Positions 1 through 10,000 of a DNA stretch of 64,000 nt are shown here, in pieces; the stretch's first letter is position 1; every line of letters starts with the position of its first letter. The DNA is taken from contig JAFYQQ010000017.1 of the NCBI GenBank assembly GCA_017559845.1, forward strand, positions 20,224-84,223, read 5' to 3'. The translations under genes and the position numbers were made by a program. Under the pieces are notes generated by a model. That model searched no databases and was not told the DNA's origin. It worked only from the letters and a program-made list of their open reading frames with translations. The stretch comes from Bacteroidaceae bacterium. Its GTDB lineage: Bacteria > Bacteroidota > Bacteroidia > Bacteroidales > Bacteroidaceae.

Positions 1-2
1 TG

Positions 3-572
3 GTGTACCACGACTGCATCGTCGGCAACAACTGCATCCTGCATGCCGGTTGCGTCATCGGAGCGGACGGTTTCGGTTTCGAGCCCACCGAGAACGGCTA
101 TGAGAAGATACCCCAGATTGGCAACGCCATATTGGAAGACAATGTAGAAGTCGGTGCCAATTCCTGCGTAGACCGTGCGGTAATGGGTTCCACCATCATC
201 CGCAAGGGGGTCAAGTTAGACAATCTGGTACAGATAGGCCATAACTGCGAGGTGGGCAGTCACACCGTCATGAGCGCCCAGGTGGGCGTAGCCGGCAGCA
301 CCAAGATTGGCGAGTGGTGTATGTTCGGCGGACAGGCAGGCATCAGCGGCCATGCCACCATAGCCAACCGCACCATGGCTGGCGCACAGTCGGGCATCCC
401 CAACACCATCAAGAAGGAAGGCACTGCCATCCAGGGCAGTCCTGCCATCGAGGCACGCAATTTCTGGAAGTCAAGTGCCATATTCAAGAACCTGCCCGAC
501 ATGTGGTCGGACATGAACCAGATGAAGAAGGAAATCAAGGCCCTCAAGGAAGCCTTGGAAGCCAAGTCATAA
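3..572 (+). CDS. lpxD: UDP-3-O-acylglucosamine N-acyltransferase LpxD, C-terminal portion (5' end outside window)
   Basis: Open to the window edge. Hexapeptide/left-handed beta-helix repeats ([19 protein letters not shown]; [40 protein letters not shown]). Lies directly upstream of lpxC/fabZ and lpxA. Confidence 0.85.
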   Translation: MYHDCIVGNNCILHAGCVIGADGFGFEPTENGYEKIPQIGNAILEDNVEVGANSCVDRAVMGSTIIRKGVKLDNLVQIGHNCEVGSHTVMSAQVGVAGSTKIGEWCMFGGQAGISGHATIANRTMAGAQSGIPNTIKKEGTAIQGSPAIEARNFWKSSAIFKNLPDMWSDMNQMKKEIKALKEALEAKS

Positions 573-608
573 AAAAGAAAAGTTTGTAAATATTTTTCAA
601 TAGAACAC

Positions 609-1994
609 ATGCTGAAGCAAAATACACTCAACGGCAGTTTTTCTCTTTGTGGAAAGGGACTGCATACCGGTCTCAGCCTCACCGTGACCTTTAACCCAGC
701 AGAGGAGAACCACGGTTATAAGATACAGCGCATTGACATGCCCGGAATGCCCATCATCGACGCCGTGGCAGAAAACGTCATCGACACCCAGCGCGGAACT
801 GTGCTGGGCAAGGGCGACTTGCGGTGCAGCACCATAGAACACGCCATGGCTGCATTATACGCACTGGGGGTGGACAATGTACTCATCCAGGTAAACGGTC
901 CCGAATTCCCCATTTTGGACGGAAGCGCAACCCTCTATGTGAATGAGATCAAGCGCGTGGGGCTGAAGGAGCAGAACGCCCCCAAGGACTATTATGTCAT
1001 CAACAAGAAGATGGAGTTCCGCGACGACAAGACAGGAGCCTGTATCACCTTGCTGCCCGATGAAGATTTTTCCATCACCAGCATGATTTCATTCGACTCC
1101 AAGGTACTCAGCAGCCAATTTGCCACCTTGGACAACATGGATAACTTTGAAAGCGAAGTGGCTGCCGCACGCACTTTCGTGTTTGTGCGCGAGATTGCCC
1201 CCCTGCTCACCGCCGGACTGATAAAGGGCGGCGACCTGGACAACGCAGTGGTCATCTACGAGCAGGAAACCAGTCAGGACGTACTGGACAAACTGTGCGA
1301 ACAGACCGGCGCCGAATGGCACGATGCCAAGGAACTCGGTTACATCCAGCACAAGCCGCTTGTCTGGGACAACGAGCCCGCACGCCACAAGCTATTGGAC
1401 ATCATCGGAGACATGGCGCTGATTGGCCGCCCCATCAAGGGACGCATCATTGCCACCCGCCCCGGACACACCATAAACAATATGTTTGCGCGTATGATGC
1501 GCAAGGAAATCCGCAAACATGACATCCAGGCCCCTTGGTACGATCCCAACAAGGAGCCCATCATGGACGTCAAGAAGATAAAGGAGCTCCTGCCCCACCG
1601 CTATCCCATGCAGCTCGTGGACAAGGTCATCGAATTGGCCCCCAACCACATTGTCGGTGTGAAGAACGTTACTTCCAACGAACCTTTCTTCCAAGGTCAT
1701 TTCCCCCAGGAGCCTGTCATGCCCGGTGTACTGCAGATTGAGGCCTTGGCTCAGGTGGGCGGATTGTTGGTGCTCAACACCGTGGAAGAGCCCGAACGCT
1801 GGAGCACCTATTTCCTCAAGATTGAAAATGTAAAGTTCCGCCAGACAGTGGTTCCCGGTGACACACTTATCTTCAAGACGGAATTGCTCTCTCCCATACG
1901 TCATGGCATCAGCACCATGCAGGGTTATGCCTTTGTGGGCGAGAATTGTGTAATGGAAGCCGTGTTTACCGCCCAGATAGTCAAGAACAAATAA
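609..1994 (+). CDS. lpxC: bifunctional UDP-3-O-acyl-GlcNAc deacetylase / 3-hydroxyacyl-ACP dehydratase (LpxC-FabZ fusion)
   Basis: 461 aa. The N-terminal half is LpxC-like (EHAMAALYALGVDN, HKLLDIIGDMALIG, TRPGHTINN). The C-terminal half is a FabZ hot-dog fold (LPHRYPMQLVDKV, FFQGHFPQEPVMPGVLQIEALAQ). This fusion is typical of Bacteroidota. Confidence 0.95.
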   Translation: MLKQNTLNGSFSLCGKGLHTGLSLTVTFNPAEENHGYKIQRIDMPGMPIIDAVAENVIDTQRGTVLGKGDLRCSTIEHAMAALYALGVDNVLIQVNGPEFPILDGSATLYVNEIKRVGLKEQNAPKDYYVINKKMEFRDDKTGACITLLPDEDFSITSMISFDSKVLSSQFATLDNMDNFESEVAAARTFVFVREIAPLLTAGLIKGGDLDNAVVIYEQETSQDVLDKLCEQTGAEWHDAKELGYIQHKPLVWDNEPARHKLLDIIGDMALIGRPIKGRIIATRPGHTINNMFARMMRKEIRKHDIQAPWYDPNKEPIMDVKKIKELLPHRYPMQLVDKVIELAPNHIVGVKNVTSNEPFFQGHFPQEPVMPGVLQIEALAQVGGLLVLNTVEEPERWSTYFLKIENVKFRQTVVPGDTLIFKTELLSPIRHGISTMQGYAFVGENCVMEAVFTAQIVKNK

Positions 1995-2002
1995 AATGTG
2001 AA

Positions 2003-2078
2003 GTAGGGACGCAGCGTGCTGCGTCCGCAAAAACACAGGATTGAAATGGAGTCCGGACGCAGCACGCTGCGTCCCTAC
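2003..2078. repeat. REP-like element: perfect 25-nt inverted pair GTAGGGACGCAGCGTGCTGCGTCCG ... CGGACGCAGCACGCTGCGTCCCTAC
   Basis: Arms at 2003-2027 and 2054-2078 are exact reverse complements. Each arm also contains its own 8-bp hairpin (GGACGCAG/CTGCGTCC). Related copies at 30037-30061, 31518-31542 and 31568-31592. Probably also acts as a terminator for lpxC/fabZ. Confidence 0.85.
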
Positions 2079-2117
2079 ATGACCGACAAAATAACAATAA
2101 CATAAAACTTATACAAT

Positions 2118-2891
2118 ATGAGCAAAATCAGCCCCTTGGCCTATATTCACCCCGAGGCAATCATCGGTGAGAATTGCGAAATCGGCCCGTTCTGCTACAT
2201 CGACCGTGGTGTGGTCATCGGCGACAACAATACGTTCATGAACAGCGTAACCGTACTCTACGGTGCACGCATCGGCAACGGCAACATCTTCTTTCCCGGC
2301 GCGGTCATCAGTGCCATTCCACAGGACTTGAAGTTTGTCGGTGAGGATACCACCGCAGAGATTGGCGACAACAACAAGATTCGTGAGAACGTAACCATCA
2401 ACCGCGGTACAGCGGCACAGAACCGCACCCACGTGGGAAACAACAACCTGTTGATGGAAGGCTGCCACGTTGCACACGATGCCTATGTGGGCAACGGCTG
2501 TATCATCGGTAACGGCACAAAGCTGGCCGGCGAGATCGTCATTGACGACTTTGCCATCCTCAGTGCAAACGTACTGATGCACCAGTTCTGCCGTGTCGGA
2601 AGCTACGTCATGATTGGCGGCGGCACCCGCTTCAGCCAGGACATTCTTCCCTTCAGCCTCATTGCACGCGACCCTGCCGCCTATTGCGGACTGAACAACG
2701 TCGGCCTGCGCCGTCGCGGATTCGACCGTGAGATTATCGACAACATCCACCGCACCTATCAGATTATCCTTCAGGGTACAGGAAAGCTCAACGACCTTTT
2801 GGCTCGTGTAGAAGAGGAAATCCCCATCAGCAAGGAGATTCAGTACATCCTCGACTTTATCCGTTCAAGCAAGAGAGGATTCATCAGATGA
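2118..2891 (+). CDS. lpxA: acyl-ACP--UDP-N-acetylglucosamine O-acyltransferase LpxA
   Basis: 257 aa. Hexapeptide repeats along the N-terminal two thirds (IHPEAIIGENCEIGPFCYIDRGVVIGDNN...) and an LpxA-type helical C-terminus. In lipid A gene context. Confidence 0.95.
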   Translation: MSKISPLAYIHPEAIIGENCEIGPFCYIDRGVVIGDNNTFMNSVTVLYGARIGNGNIFFPGAVISAIPQDLKFVGEDTTAEIGDNNKIRENVTINRGTAAQNRTHVGNNNLLMEGCHVAHDAYVGNGCIIGNGTKLAGEIVIDDFAILSANVLMHQFCRVGSYVMIGGGTRFSQDILPFSLIARDPAAYCGLNNVGLRRRGFDREIIDNIHRTYQIILQGTGKLNDLLARVEEEIPISKEIQYILDFIRSSKRGFIR

Positions 2892-3421
2892 CACTACGCC
2901 TCACCCTTTTTACCCAGGAAGTGGAGGATTTCGTTTTGGAGATCCTCATTGACCCGGAAACCACATTTCACGAGCTTCACCGGCTCATTCTGGAAGCATG
3001 CGAGTACACCGACCAGGGAAGGCACGCTTTCATGATATGCGATGAAGAGTGGCATGTAGAGCATAAGATCCGTCAGACCGATTCGGGTAACCTCCGGTCT
3101 GACGAGGATCTCTATCTCATGGCGCACACCCGCATTGAGGAGTTTGTAGAGGACGAAGGCCAGCACATTGCCTATGTCTTCGACCCGCAGGAAAAACGCT
3201 TCTTTCTGATTGAGCTGACCGAAAACATCTTCGGCAAGACACCTTCGGAAGCACACGTGAGCAGACGCCACGGCGAGGCGCCCCCGCAGTTCTTCACCTT
3301 TACAGAAGAGCCAGACACCCCAGCCGTACAAAACAGCGAAGAGATAGAGGAAGACTTCTATGGCGACGAAGGCTTCGAGGCCGACGAGCTGGATGCCGAA
3401 GGCTTTGAAATAAATGAATAA
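2888..3421 (+). CDS. hypothetical protein with strongly acidic C-terminus (possibly pRiA4b ORF-3-like fold)
   Basis: 177 aa. The ATG overlaps the lpxA stop (ATGA at 2888-2891), suggesting translational coupling. N-terminal pattern LRLTLF..FVLEILIDPETTFHELHRLILEACEY..HAF. Tail EEIEEDFYGDEGFEADELDAEGFEINE. Domain call is from memory only. Confidence 0.6.
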   Translation: MTLRLTLFTQEVEDFVLEILIDPETTFHELHRLILEACEYTDQGRHAFMICDEEWHVEHKIRQTDSGNLRSDEDLYLMAHTRIEEFVEDEGQHIAYVFDPQEKRFFLIELTENIFGKTPSEAHVSRRHGEAPPQFFTFTEEPDTPAVQNSEEIEEDFYGDEGFEADELDAEGFEINE

Positions 3422-3468
3422 ATTAACTTCACGCATGGTGTTCCGCCATTCGTCTGTCTTTTCTCAGT

Positions 3469-3620
3469 GTCATCCTGAACTTGTTTCAGGATCTCACTGC
3501 GAGTAAAGTTCCACCGCGGACAGATGCTGAAATTTGCAATTAAGCGAGAGCAGAGCCAAGCATGCTTGAACTTTGCCGAGCGTGAGCAAATTGAACAATG
3601 TTAAACAAGTTCAGCATGAC
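3469..3620. repeat. 152-bp hairpin-ended (MITE-like) intergenic element
   Basis: Left end GTCATCCTGAACTTGTTTCAGG. The reverse complement of the right end is GTCATGCTGAACTTGTTTAAC (17/19 match). A shorter relative lies at 46020-46105. No ORF inside. Confidence 0.6.
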
Positions 3621-3660
3621 AAGTCGTTTGGACTAATTAAACATGCGAAAGTTGAAATAA

Positions 3661-4581
3661 ATGAATAACCCTCCTTACAAGCCCACACTGGTGGTTGTCA
3701 TTGGCCCTACGGCTGTGGGCAAGACCGAGGTCGCCCTCCAGCTGGCCGAGCGTTTGGGAAGTCCCGTAATCAACTGCGACAGCAGACAGATGTTTCGGGA
3801 AATGACCATAGGCACCGCCGCCCCCACACCGGATCAGACAGCACGCGCCAGACATTATTTCGTAGGCACACTCGGCGTGGGCGACTATTATAGTGCCGCC
3901 CGTTACGAGGAAGAGGCGCTGCAACTCATCTCACAGCTCTCCGCTTCACACAGCCGCCTGGTACTCTCCGGCGGCAGCATGATGTATGTGGATGCCGTAT
4001 GCAAGGGCATTGACGACATCCCCACCGTGGACGATGAAGTGAGGGCATCCCTGAAGAACGCTTATGAAGAACAGGGACTGGAACCGCTGCTGGCACAGCT
4101 CAGGCTTCTGGATCCCGAATATTATGACATTGTGGACCGCAAGAACCACAAGCGGGTCATTCATGCGCTGGAAATCTGTTACACCGCAGGAAAGCCCTAC
4201 ACATCGTTTCGTACACAGACCCGCAAAGAACGTCCTTTCCATGTCCTCAAAATCGGCTTGGAAAGGGAACGCGCCGAACTCTTTGACCGCATTAACCGCC
4301 GCGTGGACCAAATGATGGCCGACGGCCTGCTTGACGAGGTGCGCAGTCTCTACGCCCACAAAGACAGCAACGCGCTCAACACTGTGGGCTACAAAGAGCT
4401 GTTCAACGTACTGGACGGCCTTTGGCCCTTGGATATGGCGGTGGAAAGGATAAAGAAGAACACCCGCGTCTATGCCAAGAAGCAGATGACGTGGTACAAA
4501 CACGACAACAGCATACGCTGGTTCCATCCGGACCAGTTGGAAGACATCTTCCAGTATGTGGACACACACACCAAAATCTAA
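3661..4581 (+). CDS. miaA: tRNA dimethylallyltransferase MiaA
   Basis: 306 aa. N-terminal P-loop [15 protein letters not shown]. MiaA-type motifs [19 protein letters not shown] and GGSMMYV. Confidence 0.93.
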   Translation: MNNPPYKPTLVVVIGPTAVGKTEVALQLAERLGSPVINCDSRQMFREMTIGTAAPTPDQTARARHYFVGTLGVGDYYSAARYEEEALQLISQLSASHSRLVLSGGSMMYVDAVCKGIDDIPTVDDEVRASLKNAYEEQGLEPLLAQLRLLDPEYYDIVDRKNHKRVIHALEICYTAGKPYTSFRTQTRKERPFHVLKIGLERERAELFDRINRRVDQMMADGLLDEVRSLYAHKDSNALNTVGYKELFNVLDGLWPLDMAVERIKKNTRVYAKKQMTWYKHDNSIRWFHPDQLEDIFQYVDTHTKI

Positions 4582-4601
4582 CCTTCACATCCCCCATTCT
4601 T

Positions 4602-6602
4602 ATGAAGGGACACATAGACACTTCATCGCCCGAATTCCAGAATGCGCTTACGCTCATCCGTTTCACGCAACATTCTCTCTTCCTCACCGGCAAGGCCGGC
4701 ACCGGTAAGAGTACCTTTCTGCGCTATGTGTGCAGCCATGTGAAGAAGAAGCACGTGGTGCTTGCCCCCACGGGTATCGCCGCCATCAACGCCGGAGGAA
4801 GCACACTGCACAGTTTCTTCAAACTCCCCTTCCACCCGCTCCTGCCGGATGATCCCAAGTTCGCCCCTTCCCGCCTCCGCGACTTTCTCAAATACAACAA
4901 GTCGCACATCAAACTGTTGCGCGAGGTGGAACTTGTCATCATTGACGAAATCTCTATGGTCAGGGCGGATATCATTGATTTTATCGACCGCATACTAAGG
5001 GTGTTTTGTCAAAAAATGCGAGAACCATTTGGTGGCAAGCAGATGCTATTCATCGGTGACGTATTCCAGTTGGAACCCGTGGTAAAGGCCGACGAGCGCG
5101 CCATCCTCAATCGCTTTTACCCCAACCCCTATTTCTTCTCTGCCCGCGTGTTCCGCGAGATGCATCTTGTCAGCATAGAACTCACCAGAGTCTTCCGTCA
5201 GAAAGACCGTGGTTTCATCGCCACCCTGGACCGCATCCGCAACAACACCGTCACCGACCTTGAGCTCCGCCTACTCAATACGCGCTATGCGGAAACGCCA
5301 CCTTCCCAACCGGATAATAGCCTGAGCATTGTACTTGCCACCCGGCGCGACAACGTGGACCACATCAACCAGACCGAACTGGACAAGCTTCTTGGCGATG
5401 CGGTAACACTACGGGGTATCATCGACGGTGATTTTCCCTCCACCGCGCTACCCACACTTATGGAACTGGAAATCAAGGAGGGCGCACAGATTATATTTGT
5501 CAAGAACGACCAGGAGCGCCGCTGGGTAAACGGCACATTGGGCACCGTCTGCCACATTGACATGGAGACGCAACGACTCTATGTGGACACGGAAACACAC
5601 AGCCGGCTGGAGGTGGAGCCGGAACGATGGAGCAATGTCCGCTACACCTATAACGAAAAGGAAAAACGAATTGAAGAAGAGGAACTTGGCACCTTCACCC
5701 AGTTCCCCATCCGTCTGGCATGGGCCATTACCATCCACAAGAGCCAGGGACTCACTTTCGACCATGCCACCATAGACTTCGGAGGGGGCACCTTCACCGG
5801 CGGACAGGCCTACGTGGCGCTGAGCCGCTGCACTTCACTGGAAGGGCTCACACTGAGAAAAAGAATTGCAAGGTCAGATATTTTCGTCTCTCCCGATGTA
5901 GTGGCGTTTGCCCGTCAGTTCAACAACGAGTCGCTGCTACAGCACGCGCTTTCCGTCACCAAGGCCGATGCCGCCTATCGCGCCTGCGCCAAGGCTTTCG
6001 ACCAGGGCGACATGGACCAGTGCATCGAACAGTTCATCACCGCCATACACAGCCGTTATGACATTGAAAAGCCTCACATCAAAAGGCTCATCCGAAGGAA
6101 GCTCAACATCTTCCGTACACTGAGGAATGAAGCCGAAGAATGTAAAGAAAAATTACAACAACAGGAGCGCAAGCTACAGCAATACGCAAGGGAATATTAT
6201 CTCATGGGAAACGAGTGTGCCACGGAAGCGCGCCACCCCAAGGCCGCCATTGCCAACTACCGCAAAGCCATTGACATGTACCCCGACTATCTGGACGCCC
6301 ATGTCAGGTTGGGCGTCACCTATCTGGGCGAAGGCATGCACCACGAGGCCCTGGCGCACCTGAACATCGCCGTCAGCCTGTCCCCCGCCTCATTCAAGGC
6401 ATTGTACCAGCGCGGCAAGGTCCGCATGGCCATGCAGCACTATACGGAAGCCATCAACGACCTTGACCATGCCGTCCGCATCAAGGAAGACCACCCCCAG
6501 GCCCACAAACTCCTTGGCGATTGCTATTCGCTCATCGGCGAGGAAGAAAAGGCCGCCATCTATTGGGCGTTGGCAGAAGAGTTGCAGAAGAGGAAGGGCT
6601 AA
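4602..6602 (+). CDS. PIF1/RecD-family ATP-dependent DNA helicase with C-terminal TPR domain
   Basis: ATG at 4602 (MKGHIDTSS...) chosen instead of the 4422 ORF start, which overlaps miaA. Walker A LTGKAGTGKSTFL, Walker B VIIDEISMV, ITIHKSQGLTFD. C-terminal TPR-like repeats (ANYRKAIDMYPDYLDAHVRLGVTYL...). Confidence 0.85.
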   Translation: MKGHIDTSSPEFQNALTLIRFTQHSLFLTGKAGTGKSTFLRYVCSHVKKKHVVLAPTGIAAINAGGSTLHSFFKLPFHPLLPDDPKFAPSRLRDFLKYNKSHIKLLREVELVIIDEISMVRADIIDFIDRILRVFCQKMREPFGGKQMLFIGDVFQLEPVVKADERAILNRFYPNPYFFSARVFREMHLVSIELTRVFRQKDRGFIATLDRIRNNTVTDLELRLLNTRYAETPPSQPDNSLSIVLATRRDNVDHINQTELDKLLGDAVTLRGIIDGDFPSTALPTLMELEIKEGAQIIFVKNDQERRWVNGTLGTVCHIDMETQRLYVDTETHSRLEVEPERWSNVRYTYNEKEKRIEEEELGTFTQFPIRLAWAITIHKSQGLTFDHATIDFGGGTFTGGQAYVALSRCTSLEGLTLRKRIARSDIFVSPDVVAFARQFNNESLLQHALSVTKADAAYRACAKAFDQGDMDQCIEQFITAIHSRYDIEKPHIKRLIRRKLNIFRTLRNEAEECKEKLQQQERKLQQYAREYYLMGNECATEARHPKAAIANYRKAIDMYPDYLDAHVRLGVTYLGEGMHHEALAHLNIAVSLSPASFKALYQRGKVRMAMQHYTEAINDLDHAVRIKEDHPQAHKLLGDCYSLIGEEEKAAIYWALAEELQKRKG

Positions 6603-6615
6603 AAGGCCAGATAAT

Positions 6616-6678
6616 CTAGAAGGGCTAGATGGTCTAGAACTTCTAGAAATCCTAGAAATCCTAGAAAATCTAAAACGC
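6616..6678. repeat. 9-bp phased CTAGA array (7 units)
   Basis: CTAGA/CTAAA starts at 6616, 6625, 6634, 6643, 6652, 6661 and 6670, an exact 9-nt period. Homologous to the arrays at 25455-25499 and 25711-25800 (shared GAAGGGCTAGATGGnCTAGAA). Confidence 0.9.
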
Positions 6679-6681
6679 ACC

Positions 6682-6733
6682 GCGGTGCGATAGCCGATGC
6701 AATGCGGTGCGATAGCCGATGCAATGCGGTGCC
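6682..6733. repeat. 22-bp tandem repeat GCGGTGCGATAGCCGATGCAAT x2.4
   Basis: Units at 6682-6703 and 6704-6725, partial third at 6726-6733. Preceded by the palindrome GCACCGCGGTGC (6677-6688). Confidence 0.85.
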
Positions 6734-6951
6734 TTGAAAAGGGCAAGCCGGTGGCCTGGAAATTGATGATATATGATAAATCATAAACCTGCGTTTTGCG
6801 ATGTCTGCAAAGCACGTTATTTTTGTACTTTTTGCACGTTTTAACATTTAAATCAAGAGGGTTTAATGCCCAAACTACACCTCAAATGTTAAAAAACCTT
6901 AACAAAATGGAAAATATAGGGCATATTTGGCCTTGCTAATCAAAAAAAATG

Positions 6952-6959
6952 TAAATTTG
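6952..6959 (+). promoter_or_regulatory. candidate Bacteroidota -7 promoter element TAAATTTG
   Basis: Matches the TAnnTTTG consensus, 72 nt upstream of the first PUL gene. Confidence 0.35.
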
Positions 6960-7030
6960 CTTAATAAAGTATGCAAAAGGCATAATTACGCGAACAAAAA
7001 TTTTTAATTACAAATATCAAAACACAAGTA

Positions 7031-10000
7031 ATGCGTATGAGAAACCGTTTTAGCAAATGGAGCCGCCATTCCTCACGAATGGTGTGCTTGTTGGCAGCCT
7101 GCGGACTGATGTATGCATGTAAGGACGAGTACCTGTTGGACGATGAAAAGCCCAGCTGGTTGAATTCGAGCATCTACGAAAGTCTGGAGACTAAAGGCAA
7201 TTTCAAGACCTATTTGAGACTGCTTGCTGACAAGGATGTAAATCCCACAAACGCCCGTCCATTAACTGAGGTTTTGAGCCGTACCGGCTCCAAGACCGTG
7301 TTCGTGGCCACTGACGAAGCATGGGACAAGTTCTTTAAAGCCAATGCAGCGCTGCCCGAGAGTAATCCTTGGCACAATGCCACGAGTTATGAAAACCTGA
7401 GTACCGCTCAGAAGAAGTTGTTGATCCACACCAGTATGCTCAACAACGCCATCGTGATGGAAAACCTTGCCAGCAGCGAGTCTGTGAATGGAAGCAGCCC
7501 CGTTCGTGGTGAGTACATGCGTCGCTACACCGATGTAGAGACCACCGACTCCATCACCTACATGGCTCCCGAGATGATTCCCTATTCTTACAACCCCACC
7601 GACAAGGACTTCTGGTGGCGTTTCCGTGCAGAGAACGGAGGTAAGGGACTTCACATCGTCAAGGACTCCACCCTTAGTATGATGCTCCACTTCACCAGCG
7701 AGCACATGGCTAAGAACACCGTGAACGACGACGACTTCGCCAAGTTCATGGGTCGCGAACGTATCACAAGCGACGTGCATATCTACGACGCACTCCTCGT
7801 CGACAAGGACGGAGTCTGCGAGAACGGATATGTAAACATCACCGAAAAGCCCCTGGTTCCCCTGGCCAACATGGCAGAGGTAATCCGTTCAAACGGTAAG
7901 ACCAACATTTTCGGCCACATGCTCGACCGTTATAGCGCTCCCTACTACAGCGACGCTATCACACGCGCATGTAGAATATTGTATCCCGAGAAGTTCGGTG
8001 ACACTGACTCTGTGTTCACCATGCGTTACTTCTCTGACAACAGCTTCAACCACCGCGCCAACAACACCCAGCCCGACGGCAACCCCTACACTGGTGACGA
8101 GGGCGGTAGCGTGAGTTTGAAGTTCGACCCGGGATGGAACGGCTACTACGACGAAGTGGATGCCGAGAAGGACATGGCCACCATGTTCATTCCCAGCGAC
8201 GAGGCTTTGTGGAAGTACTTCACCGAGGGTGGTGGTCTGCAGTTGATTGAGACCTATGATCCCAACTACGTTCCCGGACAGACCTACGCCAACGAAGATG
8301 AACTGTACCAGGCCATCGACCAGATTCCCTTGAGCACCCTGCAGGGTCTGATCAACGTGATCATGCTCCGCAGCTTCACCGGTTCTGTGCCCAGCAAGAT
8401 GACCAAGCTGCGCGACGACGCCCAGGAACAGCTCTTCTACCCCGAAGACATCGAGAAGATCGACACCTGTCTGCTCGCATGTAACGGTGCTGTATATATA
8501 ATGAGTGATATCTATGGTCCCGCCGACTATACTTCAGTTACCTCTCCCGCTTACATCAGTAAGACCAACCTGGTAATGAAGTGGGCCATCTACAACGGAT
8601 CATCAGGTACCGACTACATGGGTCTTAACTACTATGCCTATCTGAAGGCTATGCAGAGTGAGTTCACCTTCTTCCTTCCCAGTGACGCCGCTTTGCAGTA
8701 CTACTATGACCCCACCAGCTACGAAAGTAACACTCCCCGTCTGATCCAGTTCAGCTACAAGAACCAGGCATTCCCCATCCAGACCAAGTGTTATGACTAT
8801 AATCCCCAAACAGGCGAAATCGGCCGTCCGCTCACCGGTTCAGGTGCTTCTCTGCAGCAGGACGAGATTACCAACCGTCTGAAGGATATTCTTGAGTCTC
8901 ACACCATTGTACACGACGGTACCAACCCCATCGACGGTGAGGACGTTTACTTCCTTACCAAGAACGGTAACGCCGTTAAGGTGGAACGCGCCATCGGCGA
9001 GGACGGCAAGAACCACATCGTGGCCATCAAGGGTGGTTTGCAGCTCGAAAACGAGCGTAACGGCATGAGCGGTGACACTCCCGGTGAAACCTCTTGTCTC
9101 GTAACCAAGCCCTTCGAGAGCCTCAAGAACGGTCAGACCTTCATTGTGAACGCTCCCGTTACTCCTACTTACCGAAGCGTTTACAACATCCTCACACAGG
9201 ACGAAGGTTGGAAGAAGACTTCAGAAGAAGAGTGGAACGCCACCAACCCCTATGCTGAATTCTTCAAGCTTTGCGAAACCAACACCACTATCGTAACCAA
9301 GTGCGGTCTCGTAGACGAGAAGAAGCTCTCTACCACCGAGCAGAAGTCTGCTTTGAAGAAGTATCAGATCTTTGTGGATATGAACGGTTTGGATAACAAC
9401 ATCCAGTTCTTCAACAACTATCGCTATACTGCATTCATCCCCAACAACGAAGCTGTTCAGGAAGCCATTGCAAACGGTCTGCCCACATGGGAAGAGATCG
9501 AGGCTGATTACAACGAGATGGAACCCGTTGTGAACACATTGGACTCACTGAAGGACATTATGGACAACGCTGACTACATATTCGTAGAAGAAGACTCCAT
9601 CATGCGCGACCAGCTGTGGGAGAAGGCACACGCCGACAGTATCAAGCTCCAGGCCAAGATTACCTATCTGACCAACTTCATCCGCTACCACTTCGCCGAC
9701 AACTCTATCTTCGCAGACAAGAGCGTCCGTGCAGAGTCTGAAATGGTAACTTCAAGTTACGACAAGGAACTCGGCCTGTTCTGCAAGCTTTATGTAGACC
9801 GTCCCGGTAACGATGTATTGCGCGTACGTGACGCGTACAGTAATACTATGATGGAGACTGTCGGAGAGAAGAACGTATTGGCACGTGATATCGAGTGTTC
9901 TCTGAAGCCCGTAGGCCGCCCCATGGCTACCAGCGGTAAGAAGATTACCCTGGATGCCTCAAGTGCATGTGTAATCCACTTGATTCCCGGCATCCTGAAC

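Noticed and set aside
4422-4601. 60-codon N-terminal extension of the helicase ORF overlapping the end of miaA
   Set aside because: The extension overlaps 160 nt of miaA in another frame and has an Arg/Gly/His-rich composition. The ATG at 4602, 21 nt after the miaA stop, gives a normal N-terminus ahead of the Walker A motif.
6616-6678. Possible CRISPR or minisatellite-encoded peptide
   Set aside because: A 9-nt period is far too short for repeat-spacer architecture. The ORFs across it (6463..6693 and minus-strand ORFs) have no coding signal beyond the repeat.
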